Both the position numbers and the translations under genes were made by a program. Shown in pieces: positions 50,650 to 62,425 of a stretch of 64,000 nucleotides of DNA. Source of the DNA: Camelus ferus (taxonomy: Eukaryota); the NCBI RefSeq assembly GCF_009834535.1, contig NC_045705.1:31558001-31622000 (forward strand). Direction: 5' to 3'. The stretch's first letter is position 1; each line of letters opens with the position of its first letter. The notes under the pieces were generated by a model that saw only the letters and a program-made list of their open reading frames with translations, was not told where the DNA came from and searched no databases.

Positions 50650-51132
50650 GTGACCTCTAGTCTTACATTCAGATTTGTTCTACTGACTTTGAATATGTAG
50701 ATTATTTTAAGTGACTCTTCAGTATCACACTTTTGTGACTTTACACATGGTGCACCTTTTCATGTTACTCCCTTCATACTCTCTTTTGTTTTCTCAGTTC
50801 TCTAAATTCAACTAACGCATTGCTTTCTCTGGGAAGCATTGCCTGATCCCACTTTGATTTAGATGTTCCTTAGCACTATTTAAATATAATTACAATGGTA
50901 CTTATTAAATTGATCTTAAATTGTATGATCCCATCATTATATGTCAAATCACTGAGAGTATGGAAACAATCTTATTCAACATTCAATTTCCATGGAAGGT
51001 TGTGTGATATAACAGAATTTTCATATGCATTTTTGATTGAATGAATAAAGAAAATACTAAGCTAAAATATTTTCCCTTGTTTTATAGGTAAACTATTTCT
51101 AACATCTGAAATCAGTACTTATAAACGAATAG

Positions 51133-52062
51133 ATGGAACCAAGGAACAATGTGACTCACTTTGTCCTCTTGGGCCTCACACAGAATCCAAATGAACAGAA
51201 AGTCCTTTCTGTCATGTTTTTGCTCTTCTACATTTTGACCTCGGTGGGCAACCTGCTCATTGTTGTGACTGTCGCTTTCAGTAAGACTCTGGGCTCGCCA
51301 ATGTACTTTTTTCTTGCTAGCTTGTCACTTATGGATGCCATTTATTCTTCAGTCATTTCCCCAAAATTGATTTCAGATCTGTTCTTTGGGGAAAATACAG
51401 TATCTTTCAAATTTTGTATGGCTCAGCTTTTTACAGAACACTTTTTTGGGGGGTCAGAGGTCTTCCTTCTGCTGGTGATGGCCTATGACCGCTACGTGGC
51501 CATCTGTAAGCCCTTGCATTATTTGATTATCATGAAGCAAAGGGTGTGTGTTGTGCTGCTGCTGGTGTCCTTTGTTGGAGGTTTTCTGCATTCAGTGGTT
51601 CAACTTAGCACTATTTATGGGCTCCCGTTCTGTGGCCCCAATGTCATTGATCACTTTATCTGTGACATGTACCCCCTACTGAAACTCATCTGCACTGACA
51701 CCTATGTCATTGGCATCTTAGTGGTGGCCAATGGAGGACTGATCTGCACTATTGTGTTTCTGCTCTTACTCATCTCTTATGGAGTCATCTTGCGCTCTCT
51801 AAAGAACCTGAGTCAGGAAGGAAGGTGGAAAGCCCTCCAGACCTGTGTTTCCCACATCACTGTGGTTGTCTGCTTCTTTGTCCCTTGTATTTTCATGTAT
51901 GCAAGACCTGCTAGGACCTTTCCTATTGATAAATCATTGAGTGTATTTTATACAGTCATCACCCCCATGCTGAACCTGCTAATCTACAGTCTGAGAAATT
52001 CAGAGATGACTAATGCCATGAAGAAGCTCTGGAGAAGAAACATTGTATCTCATAGTAAATAA
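51133..52062 (+). CDS. OR4A47: Olfactory receptor OR4A47-like, 309 aa, open ORF (NPxxY proline replaced by Leu)
   Basis: [78 protein letters not shown] and [16 protein letters not shown] match human OR4A47 as recalled. Acceptor ttttatAG at 51086-51087. Confidence 0.95.
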   Translation: MEPRNNVTHFVLLGLTQNPNEQKVLSVMFLLFYILTSVGNLLIVVTVAFSKTLGSPMYFFLASLSLMDAIYSSVISPKLISDLFFGENTVSFKFCMAQLFTEHFFGGSEVFLLLVMAYDRYVAICKPLHYLIIMKQRVCVVLLLVSFVGGFLHSVVQLSTIYGLPFCGPNVIDHFICDMYPLLKLICTDTYVIGILVVANGGLICTIVFLLLLISYGVILRSLKNLSQEGRWKALQTCVSHITVVVCFFVPCIFMYARPARTFPIDKSLSVFYTVITPMLNLLIYSLRNSEMTNAMKKLWRRNIVSHSK

Positions 52063-52439
52063 ATTTGACATTCACTGTGAAGAGGGCCATATGATGTGAG
52101 GGCTTATCTCCTTGGAAACCAAAAGTCTCTAAACTGATGCACCTATCTCTATCCTTTAAAGCATTTATCATAATTATAATAAGTAATTATCTGTGTGATT
52201 GGGTTATTAACATATTTCTCTACTATAATGTCAACTCTCTATGTAGTGTCTTGTGTATCTCTTTGCCTAGAAAGGTGTAATACATATAAAGGGGGAGTTG
52301 ATAAAAATATATAATATATGAAATTTTTACAGTTTTGGTGATTTGTAATCAATTAATGTATTTATGTTTAAGTATTTTCCTGAGACTTAGTCTTATCTTT
52401 TTAGTTAGGTTCTTTTTATTTTGTCCATTCTTTTAATTT

Positions 52440-54280
52440 TACTAGTGAAAATATTTAATTATATATATAATGTCCTCTGTATTCAGTTTCAGTTGCATAA
52501 TATATAAAATATTTAATATGACACTTCTGTTTTAAAATAAAAAGAAAACACAATAATAATGAATATAAAAATAGAAACCATATGAAATGGTGCAAGTAAG
52601 AAGACAAGAATGATAAATTTGACCATAGTAAGAACCTTCGTTCAACAAAAACTTCTGAAAGAAAGCAAAAAGGCAAGTTACAAACTGAATTGAGAAAGTA
52701 TTCACATAAAATTGGGATCATTTATGCCTTGAAAGCTTAGTAAAACATCCTGTAAAACCAAACCGAACCAAACTTCTTTTTCATCCTTTTTTAGTGTTTC
52801 CCAGTGTTCTTACCTACAGTTGTTGCAAAGCCTCTTTCTTAGGATGTTTCAAGTATCAATCTTTGCACATACAAGCATATTTACATATGTGTATGTGGAT
52901 ATATGCCTGCATGTAAACATTTACATTTTACTATTCAACATCTTGAGCATCTTTCCATACCAGTCTATATAGATCTAACTCATTCTCAGTTATTTGTATA
53001 ATATGTGATGTTCCCTTATAATATTCCTGAATTAATGTACCCAGTACTTTTCATGTCATTTCAATCTTTTTCTATGATACATAATTATTCAATAAGTATA
53101 TATCTTCTCAAGTATGTGTTCCTAGAAATGTCAGTTGCTATAAGTAGAATTTTTGGGTCAACAGGGAATATGTATTTAAAATGTTGATATTCATAGCCAT
53201 TGCCAAAATGCCATTCATGAAGTTGTACCTACACTTTTGCCCATAGTCTGAGACTGTCAGCTTGTCCATATTCTCAACAACCAGTGAATATTTTTGGGTA
53301 TATAATAATATGGTTCATTAAAGAAATTATAATTCACTTTCAAACTTTAATTGAAACTCCCTAAATATAATTGATTTAAGCATCTTTTCACAGGTAAAGT
53401 TGTATATATTTATCTCTGATTTGTTTATTGATTTTTAACCAATTTTCTTTGATTTCTAAGTCTTTTCCATACTTATTTTTATGAGGAATTATATACTAAG
53501 AAAACAATCTTTTTTAAACCATTGTTTATGTACTTAATTTCCTGGCCTGTGATTTGACTTTGACTTATGCTATGAGGAATTTTTTTTTTGGCTATGTAGA
53601 TTTTTTTTTGTTATTCATCTAGCCCAGTTTATGAACACTGATTATTTTTTTGCATCAATCTTAAAATATATTTTACTCTAACCATAATATTCTACATTTT
53701 TAAGAAGTTAATATTTATAGAACTTTTGCGGTTTTATATTTAACATGAAAATTTTGACTTATCAAAAATTTGGTACGTAAGGTATTTATTTTCATATATA
53801 GTTAAAGAGGATTGTGTTTTATTGTTTTCTGAATGACCTTTTTTTGTAGTTGCTTAATTATCTTTCACTATTAATTTGAAACCCTCATTTTACTGTATTC
53901 TAAATTTCCATAAATATTTGAATGCAGTTCAGGACTCAGTTCCATTGGTCTTTTCAGTGATGTACCATTTAATTTATGATATAGTTGCAATTCATCTATA
54001 ATACATTTAGAATAATAAGCCTAACACTCCCTCATTGCTCTTCTTTTCCAGCATTATGTCTGTTCTTGCATATTTATGATGTCAAATTAAACTTATAGTA
54101 AGCCAGGCTAGTCACAAAAATTTCTGTTATTTTCAGTGCATTTTGATTTAGGATGACTAATTTAGGAAGGGTTTATATCTTTAGAGATTTGAGAATTCCT
54201 CTCCATAAAGAGAGTTAGGTGTTTTCATTTAGTCCTTTTTACGTTCTTCGGTAATGCTTTACGTATTCTTTCTATGTTAC
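52440..54280. mobile_element. Old degraded LINE-1 fragments (short sense piece, then antisense)
   Basis: aatgataaatttgaccatagtaagaaccttcgttcaacaaaaac (+); cattgccaaaatgccattcatgaagttgtacc and ttatttaatttatgatatagttgc-type antisense ORF2/3' UTR text. Confidence 0.65.
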
Positions 54281-54288
54281 TTATTCCT

Positions 54289-54980
54289 CATAGATAGCGG
54301 CTATTCTTCTTCCCTGACCCCTTCAAGGTCCTGACACTCTTGCTGTAAGAAAAACCGTCTTTTAGGAAGTGCGTGACTTAAAACTTTGCTGAACATCCTT
54401 TGGTGCTGCTGAGATCATTCTGCTGATGGGTACGACCTGTGACTACTATGTGTCCATCTGTACTACCTGACCACCAAAAGCTGAAAGAGATGTGGTCATC
54501 TCTGGGAGTCACTGGGGCTGAAGACTTATCCATCCAGCAGTTTAAATCCTCTTCACAGTTTGGCTGCCCTGTTTTGGCCCCAGTGACATGGATCACTTTG
54601 TGTGTGCCATGAACTCTGTTGAAACTTATCAACATGGACACTCACACTTTTGGTCTCTTTGTTGCTACCAACAAAGGGGTCATCTTCCTGTTAAACTTAC
54701 TCCTTTTGATGGTCTCCTAAATCATGGCCCTATACAGTTTGAAATCTAATAGTTTGGATGGTAGGTGCAAAACCCTCTCCACCTGGGTCTCTCACATTAC
54801 TCTGGTCATTTTATTCTTTGTATCTTGTATATGTATGTATCTGCCTCAAATTATTACCTTTTCAATTAATTAAGCCATGGCTATATTTTATACTGTGCTA
54901 AATTTTGTGTTAAACTCTATTATACCCTCAGAAATGCAGAGGTTAAAAATGCGATGGAGAAGTTCCAAGTCAAAAGATGA
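54289..54980 (+). pseudogene. 5'-truncated, heavily decayed OR4C pseudogene (paralog of the 42062 gene)
   Basis: Recognisable OR codons with many indels and stops: tttgctgaacatcctttggtgctgctgagatcattctg (FAEH.FGAAEII), catggacactcacacttttggtctctttgttgct (MDTHTFGLFVA), ctctccacctgggtctctcacattac (LST.VSHIT), ctcagaaatgcagaggttaaaaatgcg (LRNAEVKNA). Confidence 0.9.
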
Positions 54981-55949
54981 CTTCATCAGGGAAATAATGA
55001 AAACAATGTAAAACAACTTTATCCCTTAAATGGTTACAAGTTAAAGAAGATAATTCCTAATTTTCAGGGCCAAGGGCACACTATTTGTCAAAGGTATGTG
55101 GATGTTGGCATTAGGCAATCTGAGGAGACCTTAACAGGAAATCATCGTTATAAAAATAGCCTATTTAGATGTATTTATTGCCAATTTGTTGGTCAAATGT
55201 TAAAGTACTGTCAGAACCAGTTTGGTTTCTTGTTAAAATGCAGTTCACTATCTATGAAATTGCAAAGCAAAATAAACATTTTGGGAAAATAGGAATTTTA
55301 GGGTATTTATTTTCCAATTTCTCTTTTGATACTTTCTAATACTCTGGCACATCTTGTCTGGTTCTCTATTTTTCTATTTCTTCCTCCAAAAGATAAAGTC
55401 TACCATGTATTTTTCTTGTATTATTTGTGGAAAACTCATTGTTATTATAATCTTAAACAGATATTTGAATTAAAAACCTCTTTTTCCAGTTTTGCTTTGT
55501 TGATTGGGATTTTATGTATCATATATACGTTGCTGAGGAATAGGTGATAAAATTTATGATGGTAAAGAGCATAGTGTTTAAAAAGATAATTCTGAGTTCA
55601 AATCTTAGCTTTGCCACTTACAATGTAAACTTTGGCAAAATGTCTATTTATGAGTTGGGTGTTTTCCTTAACTAAAAAAATTTGCTTGTCTTGCTTTACT
55701 TTACTTACTCTAATCTTAAAGGAGCATTAAGTGAAATCCAGATTCTTTACCAAGATCTGTAGTCTTGTTCACCTCTTTGACCTCAGACTGTTCTGTCCAC
55801 TCCCTTTTCTATTTCCCTTCAGGCACAATGACCTTTCAGCGTCTTGAACTTGCTGAGCTCTTTCCAATGTTGGAGCTTAACACACGTAACAGAGCTTCAC
55901 CTGGTAGCTTCTCTTCATTTTTTGGATCTCAGGTAAAATGTTACCTTTT

Positions 55950-58810
55950 CTTTTTTTCTTTCTTTTTAACATTTTTTATTGAATAATAGTCATTTTAAAA
56001 TGTTGTGTCAAATTCCAGTGTAGAGCACAATTTTTCAGTTATACATGAACATACATATATTCATTGTCACATTTTTGTTTCACTGTGAGCTACCACAAAG
56101 ATCTTGTATATATTTCCCTGTGCTACACAGTATAATCTTGTTTATCTATTCTACATTTTAAAATCCCGGTCTGTCCCTTCCCACCCCCCGCCCCCTTGGC
56201 AACCACAAGTTTGTATTCTATGTCTATGAGCCTGTTTCTGTTTTGTATTTATTTCTTTTCTTAGATTCCACATATGAGTGATCTCATGTATTATTTTTCT
56301 TTCTCTTTCTGGCTTACTTCACTTAGAATGACATTCTCCAGGAACATCCATGGTGCTGCATATNNNNNNNNNNNNNNNNNNNNNNNNNNNNNNNNNNNNN
56401 NNNNNNNNNNNNNNNNNNNNNNNNNNNNNNNNNNNNNNNNNNNNNNNNNNNNNNNNNNNNNNNNNNNNNNNNNNNNNNNNNNNNNNNNNNNNNNNNNNNN
56501 NNNNNNNNNNNNNNNNNNNTCCTGAAGTAGGGTTCCTTCTGAATCTAAGCCCAGGAGCAGGATTCCTGGGTCATATGATAAGTCTATTCCTAGTCTTTTG
56601 AGGAATCTCCATACTGTTTTCCATAGTGGCTGCACCAAACTGCATTCCCACCAGCAGTGTAGGAGGGTTCCCCTTTCTCCACAGCTTCTCCAGCATTTGT
56701 CATNNNNNNNNNNNNNNNNNNNNNNNNNNNNNNNNNNNNNNNNNNNNNNNNNNNNNNNNNNNNNNNNNNNNNNNNNNNNNNNNNNNNNNNNNNNNNNNNN
56801 NNNNNNNNNNNNNNNNNNNNNNNNNNNNNNNNNNNNNNNNNNNNNNNNNNNNNNNNNNNCTTTTGCTCATCTTTGGATTGGGTTGTTTGGTTGTTTCTTA
56901 TGAAGTCGTATGAGGTGCTTATATATTCTGGAGATTCAAGCCTTTGTCGGTTCCATTTGCAAAGATTTTCTCCCATTCTGTAGGTTATCTTTTTGCTTTA
57001 CTTATGGTTTCTTTTGCTGTGCAGAAGCTTGTAAGTTTCATTAGGTCCTATTTGTTTATTCTTGCTTTTCTTTCTTCTAGGAGAAAATTTTTGAGATGTA
57101 TGTCAGATAATGTTTTGCCTATATTTTCCTCTAGGAGTTTTATTGTATCTTGTCTTATGTTTAAGTCTTTGATCCAGTTTGAGTTGATTTTTGTGTATGG
57201 TGTAAGAGAGTGTTCTAGAGTCGTTTTACATGCTGCTGTCCAGTTTTCCCAACACCATTTGCTGAAGAGACTGTCTTTATTCCANNNNNNNNNNNNNNNN
57301 NNNNNNNNNNNNNNNNNNNNNNNNNNNNNNNNNNNNNNNNNNNNNNNNNNNNNNNNNNNNNNNNNNNNNNNNNNNNNNNNNNNNNNNNNNNNNNNNNNNN
57401 NNNNNNNNNNNNNNNNNNNNNNNNNNNNNNNNNNGAAGTCTGGGAGAGTTAATCCCTCAGCCTCTTTCTTTCTCTTCAGTAATGCTTTGGCAATTCTAGG
57501 TCTTTGATGGTTCCATATAAATTCTATTATGGTTTGTTCTAGTTCTGTGAAATATGTCCTGGGTAATTTGATAGGGATTGCATTAAATCTGTAGATTGCC
57601 TTGGGCAGTGTGAACATTTTAACAATATTGATTCTTTCAATCCAACAGCATGGGATATTTTTCCATTTTTAAAAGTCTTCTTTAATTTCCCTCATCAATG
57701 GTTTATAGTTTTCTGTGTATAATTCTTTCACCTCCTTGGTTAGGTTTATTTTTAGGTATTTTATTACTTTGGGTGTTATTTTAAAGGGGATTGCTTCTTT
57801 ACTTTCCTTTTCTGTTGCTTCATTGTTAGTGTAAAGAAATGCCATTGATGTTTGAACGTTAGTCTTGTAACCTGCTGCCTTGCTGAATTCTCCGATCAGC
57901 TCTAGTAGTTTTTGTGTAGACTTTTTAGGGTTTTCTATATATAGCAATATGTTGTTGGCATATAGTGNNNNNNNNNNNNNNNNNNNNNNNNNNNNNNNNN
58001 NNNNNNNNNNNNNNNNNNNNNNNNNNNNNNNNNNNNNNNNNNNNNNNNNNNNNNNNNNNNNNNNNNNNNNNNNNNNNNNNNNNNNNNNNNNNNNNNNNNN
58101 NNNNNNNNNNNNTTTGAGTTTTTCACCATTGAGTAATATGCTGGCTGTAGGTTTGTCATATATAGCTTTCACAATGTTAAGATATGTTCNNNNNNNNNNN
58201 NNNNNNNNNNNNNNNNNNNNNNNNNNNNNNNNNNNNNNNNNNNNNNNNNNNNNNNNNNNNNNNNNNNNNNNNNNNNNNNNNNNNNNNNNNNNNNNNNNNN
58301 NNNNNNNNNNNNNNNNNNNNNNNNNNNNNNNNNNNNNNNNNNNNNNNNNNNNNNNNNNNNNNNNNNNNNNNNNNNNNNNNNNNNNNNNNNNNNNNNNNNN
58401 NNNNNNNNNNNNNNNNNNNNNNNNNNNNNNNNNNNNNNNNNNNNNNNNNNNNNNNNNNNNNNNNNNNNNNNNNNNNNNNNNNNNNNNNNNNNNNNNNNNN
58501 NNNNNNNNNNNNNNNNNNNNNNNNNNNNNNNNNNNNNNNNNNNNNNNNNNNNNNNNNNNNNNNNNNNNNNNNNNNNNNNNNNNNNNNNNNNNNNNNNNNN
58601 NNNNNNNNNNNNNNNNNNNNNNNNNNNNNNGCTGTCTGGTCCTGAACTTTTATTTGTAGGGAGGTTTTTTATTGCTATTTTGATTTCATTTCTAGTGATC
58701 GGTTTGTTCAAGTGGTCAGTTTCTTCTTGATTCAGTCTTGGTGGACAGTTTCTTCTTGATTCAGTCTTGGTGGACAGTATGTTTCCAGAAACTTGTCCAT
58801 CTCCTCTAGG
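55950..58810 (-). mobile_element. Young camelid-type LINE-1, 5'-truncated (~2.9 kb, ORF2 RT to 3' UTR), antisense
   Basis: Track ORFs translate as L1 ORF2 ([24 protein letters not shown]; KAIYDKPTASILLNGEKLK; [16 protein letters not shown]; [15 protein letters not shown]; [15 protein letters not shown]). TSD gttacctttt (55940-55949) / gttatctttt (58810-58819). Several N-runs. Confidence 0.95.
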
Positions 58811-59039
58811 TTATCTTTTTAAATTTAACTCTGCCTTTGAAGATGATATCTGAACAAATTTCCAAAACATTATGAATGCTAATTTCAGAATAAGTCACTT
58901 AAAGTCTCTTTCAAATGCAGATAAAGTTTTCTCATACTTTGTCGTATATTTTCAGACAGGCAAGTTGAAAGAATTTGTGTTAGTGTGGAAACAGGGGAAG
59001 AAGACATTTGTGGGACTATTCAGTTCATCTCAAATACCT

Positions 59040-61330
59040 CATGGGGCACTCATCAAAGTAGGCAGTACACTAGGCCATGACATAACTGCAATACATTTCA
59101 AAGGACTTAAATTATAGAGCACAAATAATTATAGGTATATATACATATATTTGTTACATAAATATTTTACAATAATGTAGTTCTACTAGAAACTGATGAC
59201 AAAAATATGTTTCCAAATAATTACAAATTAAGCAACATACACCTAAATTAACCGTGAACATTTTGAAAGGTACATTTTCAAGACAAAGATGGTGATACAA
59301 ATGTATGTGAAAGGTATCTATGAAATTTATATATGCATATAAAATTATATGTAGTATAATACATTTTATTATATATAAATCAACTGTATGCAATTAAAGG
59401 AGTGCTTAGAGAGAAATTTATAGCTTAAATGCAGATATTAGAAAACAAGAAAAATTACAAGGAATGAACTAAGCTACTGTCTCAAGAAGCTAGAAAAGGA
59501 ACATTAAAATAAACCTAGAGAACTCTGTAGAAAAGAAATAACAGATAGAAGACAGCAGTCATTGAAACAGAAGTTAATAGAAAATAAAGAATATATTTAA
59601 GACCAGGAATTGGTTCTTTGAAAGTTTAATAAAGTTGATAAGAGCCTAGCAAAATGGATTAAGAAAAAATAAGAGAAAGAACAGATTATCAGAATCAACT
59701 ATAAAGAGAGAGTCATCACTGCAGATTCTATAGATCTTAAAAAGATAACAAAATATGATAAGGGAATTTATGACAGTATACTTGCCAAAAGTGGACCACT
59801 GCCATTAATAAAACCCCCACAACTTTCTAAACACACAGAGAAAAATAATTAAAAGCTGAAATAATTAAATACATAAATAAATTGATTCTTTAGAATCTCA
59901 CCATTTCTAAAACAAAACTTCATTCCCATATAGATTGAATCATTGAGTTCTATACACCAACTAATCAAGAAACGGCACCAATCTTACATAAACACTTTCA
60001 CAGAGGGGAGGAATTAACATAATTCCTAATGCATTTTATGCACCCATAACCCTTATACTAGAATGAAACAAGAGTAAGGGTGTCATAAAGAAAGCAATTC
60101 AATTAACATCTCACATTAACAAAGACACAAAATTCTGAGCACAGTATTTAGTATTTAGTTTGATTCTTTCAGATGTTTTCTTGTGGATTTTTTTTCTTGC
60201 TATTATGGTTTTTGAGGCAGATCTTGAGATGTTCTCAGTCTAAGCCTAATCATGACCCACCACTTCCTAAGTATTCAACTCTGTGCCCTGGCCTTTCTGA
60301 ACCATGAGGGTTTTCAGCTGGTGAGAACAGGCAATATTCCTGGCCCAGTGTGAGGACCAAGCCACCTTCTCTCTAATCTCTCTGGGCAGATCTTTCCCCA
60401 GCCTAATAAAGTGGAAAGATCTTAGAGCTCAACTTGTTTCCCATCTTTTAGTGAACACTGTCAGTTGTTTCTGATATCTGGTGTCCTGAAAATAGTTATT
60501 TTAAATTTTCCCTTGTTTGTTTCCTTGTTCTGTCAGAAACTATATGCGAATATTCATAGCAGTTTATTCAGAATTTCAAATACCTGGAAACAACCAAAAT
60601 ATCTCTTAATCGAGAAAAAGCTAAATGAACTGTGATACATTCATAAAATGGGAAACTACTTGGCAGTAAATGAACGGATTATATATAAATCCATTAATAT
60701 GCATAAATCTCAAATGCATGATACTAAGAGCAAAAAATCTTATTTCACAGACTATATAGTAGACATGAGATTACACATAGAAAATGCAAAAAACTACAAC
60801 AAAACAGTTACAACTAATAAAAAGATTCAACTTTGCAGGATACAATACCAACACACAAAAATTAGTTTGCAGTTACATATACTAACATCAAACTACCCAA
60901 AAAAGAAATTAAGAAACTAATCCCATTACAGAAGCATCAAAAACAATAAAATATTTAGGAAAAATTTGACCAAGGAAGTGAAAATTTGTACACTGAAAAA
61001 TATATGACATTGATGAAAAAAATTGAAGACACAAGTAAATGGAAAGATATCCCATGTTCATGATTTGGAAGAATAAATATTACAGATACACCTACACCAT
61101 CCAAATCAGTACAGAAAATATCACCATCATACCAAATCAAATAGAACATGTAAAACTGATTAGTAAGCAATTCATAGAAAAAGAATAAAATCATTTTAAA
61201 CATGTAAATAGGTGCCCAAATAGATGGCATTTTGGCAATAAATAGGAACATCAACATTTTAAATACATATAGAAATTGACTGGAATTCACTTCTAGGAAC
61301 TCATACTAAAAAATTTCAAAAAGATGCTTT
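59040..61330 (+). mobile_element. Old LINE-1 fragments (ORF2 EN-linker pieces, L1ME-type 3' piece, ORF2 RT C-terminal piece)
   Basis: taggccatgacataactgcaatacatttcaaaggac; aagaccaggaattggttctttgaaagtttaataaagttgataagagcctagc; aagtaaatggaaagatatcccatgttcatgatttggaagaat. Confidence 0.75.
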
Positions 61331-61910
61331 TGCAGAATTATTTAACATCAAAAAAGAGTGGGGAAAATATAAAGAGGACCAGATACATCAATTACAGTGC
61401 TGCTTTATGAAGAATTTAATCAGTATGAAGAAACTAGAATGAGTTACATTTATATAAACTGGCACATAAAGACCTATAGGGGGTTGAGTGATAAAAAGCA
61501 AAATGTATACACTGAAACATAAATATACACACACATATGAAAAATGCTTAATTTGCAAAGATTATTACTTGAAGAATCTTGGAAACAAATTATAGTGATT
61601 GCATCTGAAAGGACTGGAAGAAACTTGTTTGGGATAGTTTGGAGGTTTATTCAACACTATTCCATTTTTCATAAATTCTGTTCTTAAAATTTATTATTCT
61701 CCATCATACTTATAATTTTCATTCTAAAATTAAAATATTACACTAAAAATTTTATAGATAAGGCACATAAAATGGAATAAAGCTAGTCTATGCAACATTA
61801 AATATTTAATATAATATAGAGAATGAAGATTATAAAAATAAGAATCTGACCAAAAACAAAATGAAGAATGAGAAAGTAGTAAGAGTAAATGCAGAAATTA
61901 ATTAACAATT

Positions 61911-62119
61911 GCTATATATAAAATAGATAGGGAACAAAGTTCTACTATATAGCACAGGGAACTATATTCAATACTTTGTAATTGCCTATAATGAAAAATA
62001 ATATGAAAAGGAATATCTATATGTACAACTGAATCATTATGCTGTACACCAGAAATTAACACAGCATTGTAAATAGACTATGCATCAATACAAAAATTAA
62101 ATTTTCAAAGAGGTAAAAC
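61911..62119 (+). mobile_element. 5'-truncated L1 3' end with an 11-bp TSD
   Basis: gctatatataaaatagat...agcacagggaactatattcaat...gctgtacaccagaaattaacacagcattgtaa. TSD aattaacaatt at 61900-61910 and 62120-62130. Confidence 0.85.
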
Positions 62120-62425
62120 AATTAACAATTAGTGTAACTCAATAAAAATTTCATTAATTCATTATAAAGTATTTATTGACACCTTACTATAAATGCATCC
62201 TACTATTCTAGGTACAGTGATAGAACATTATACAGTTTACATTCTAGTAAGGAATTGTTATTAATAGCATGAACATATAGTTTATTCTTCAAGTATAATT
62301 ATCCTAAATCATTTGAAGATACAAAAAGTTTGCATCAGATTTATGAAAATTTTTTATATTACAAAGAGACATGGCCTAATGCTAAATTACCACCTTCATG
62401 ATGGATACAGCACTAATTTAATACT

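Noticed and set aside
56291-58711. L1 ORF2 reading frames as an active retrotransposon
   Set aside because: The element is 5'-truncated (no promoter, ORF1 or endonuclease), frameshifted, and its RT catalytic motif is mutated.
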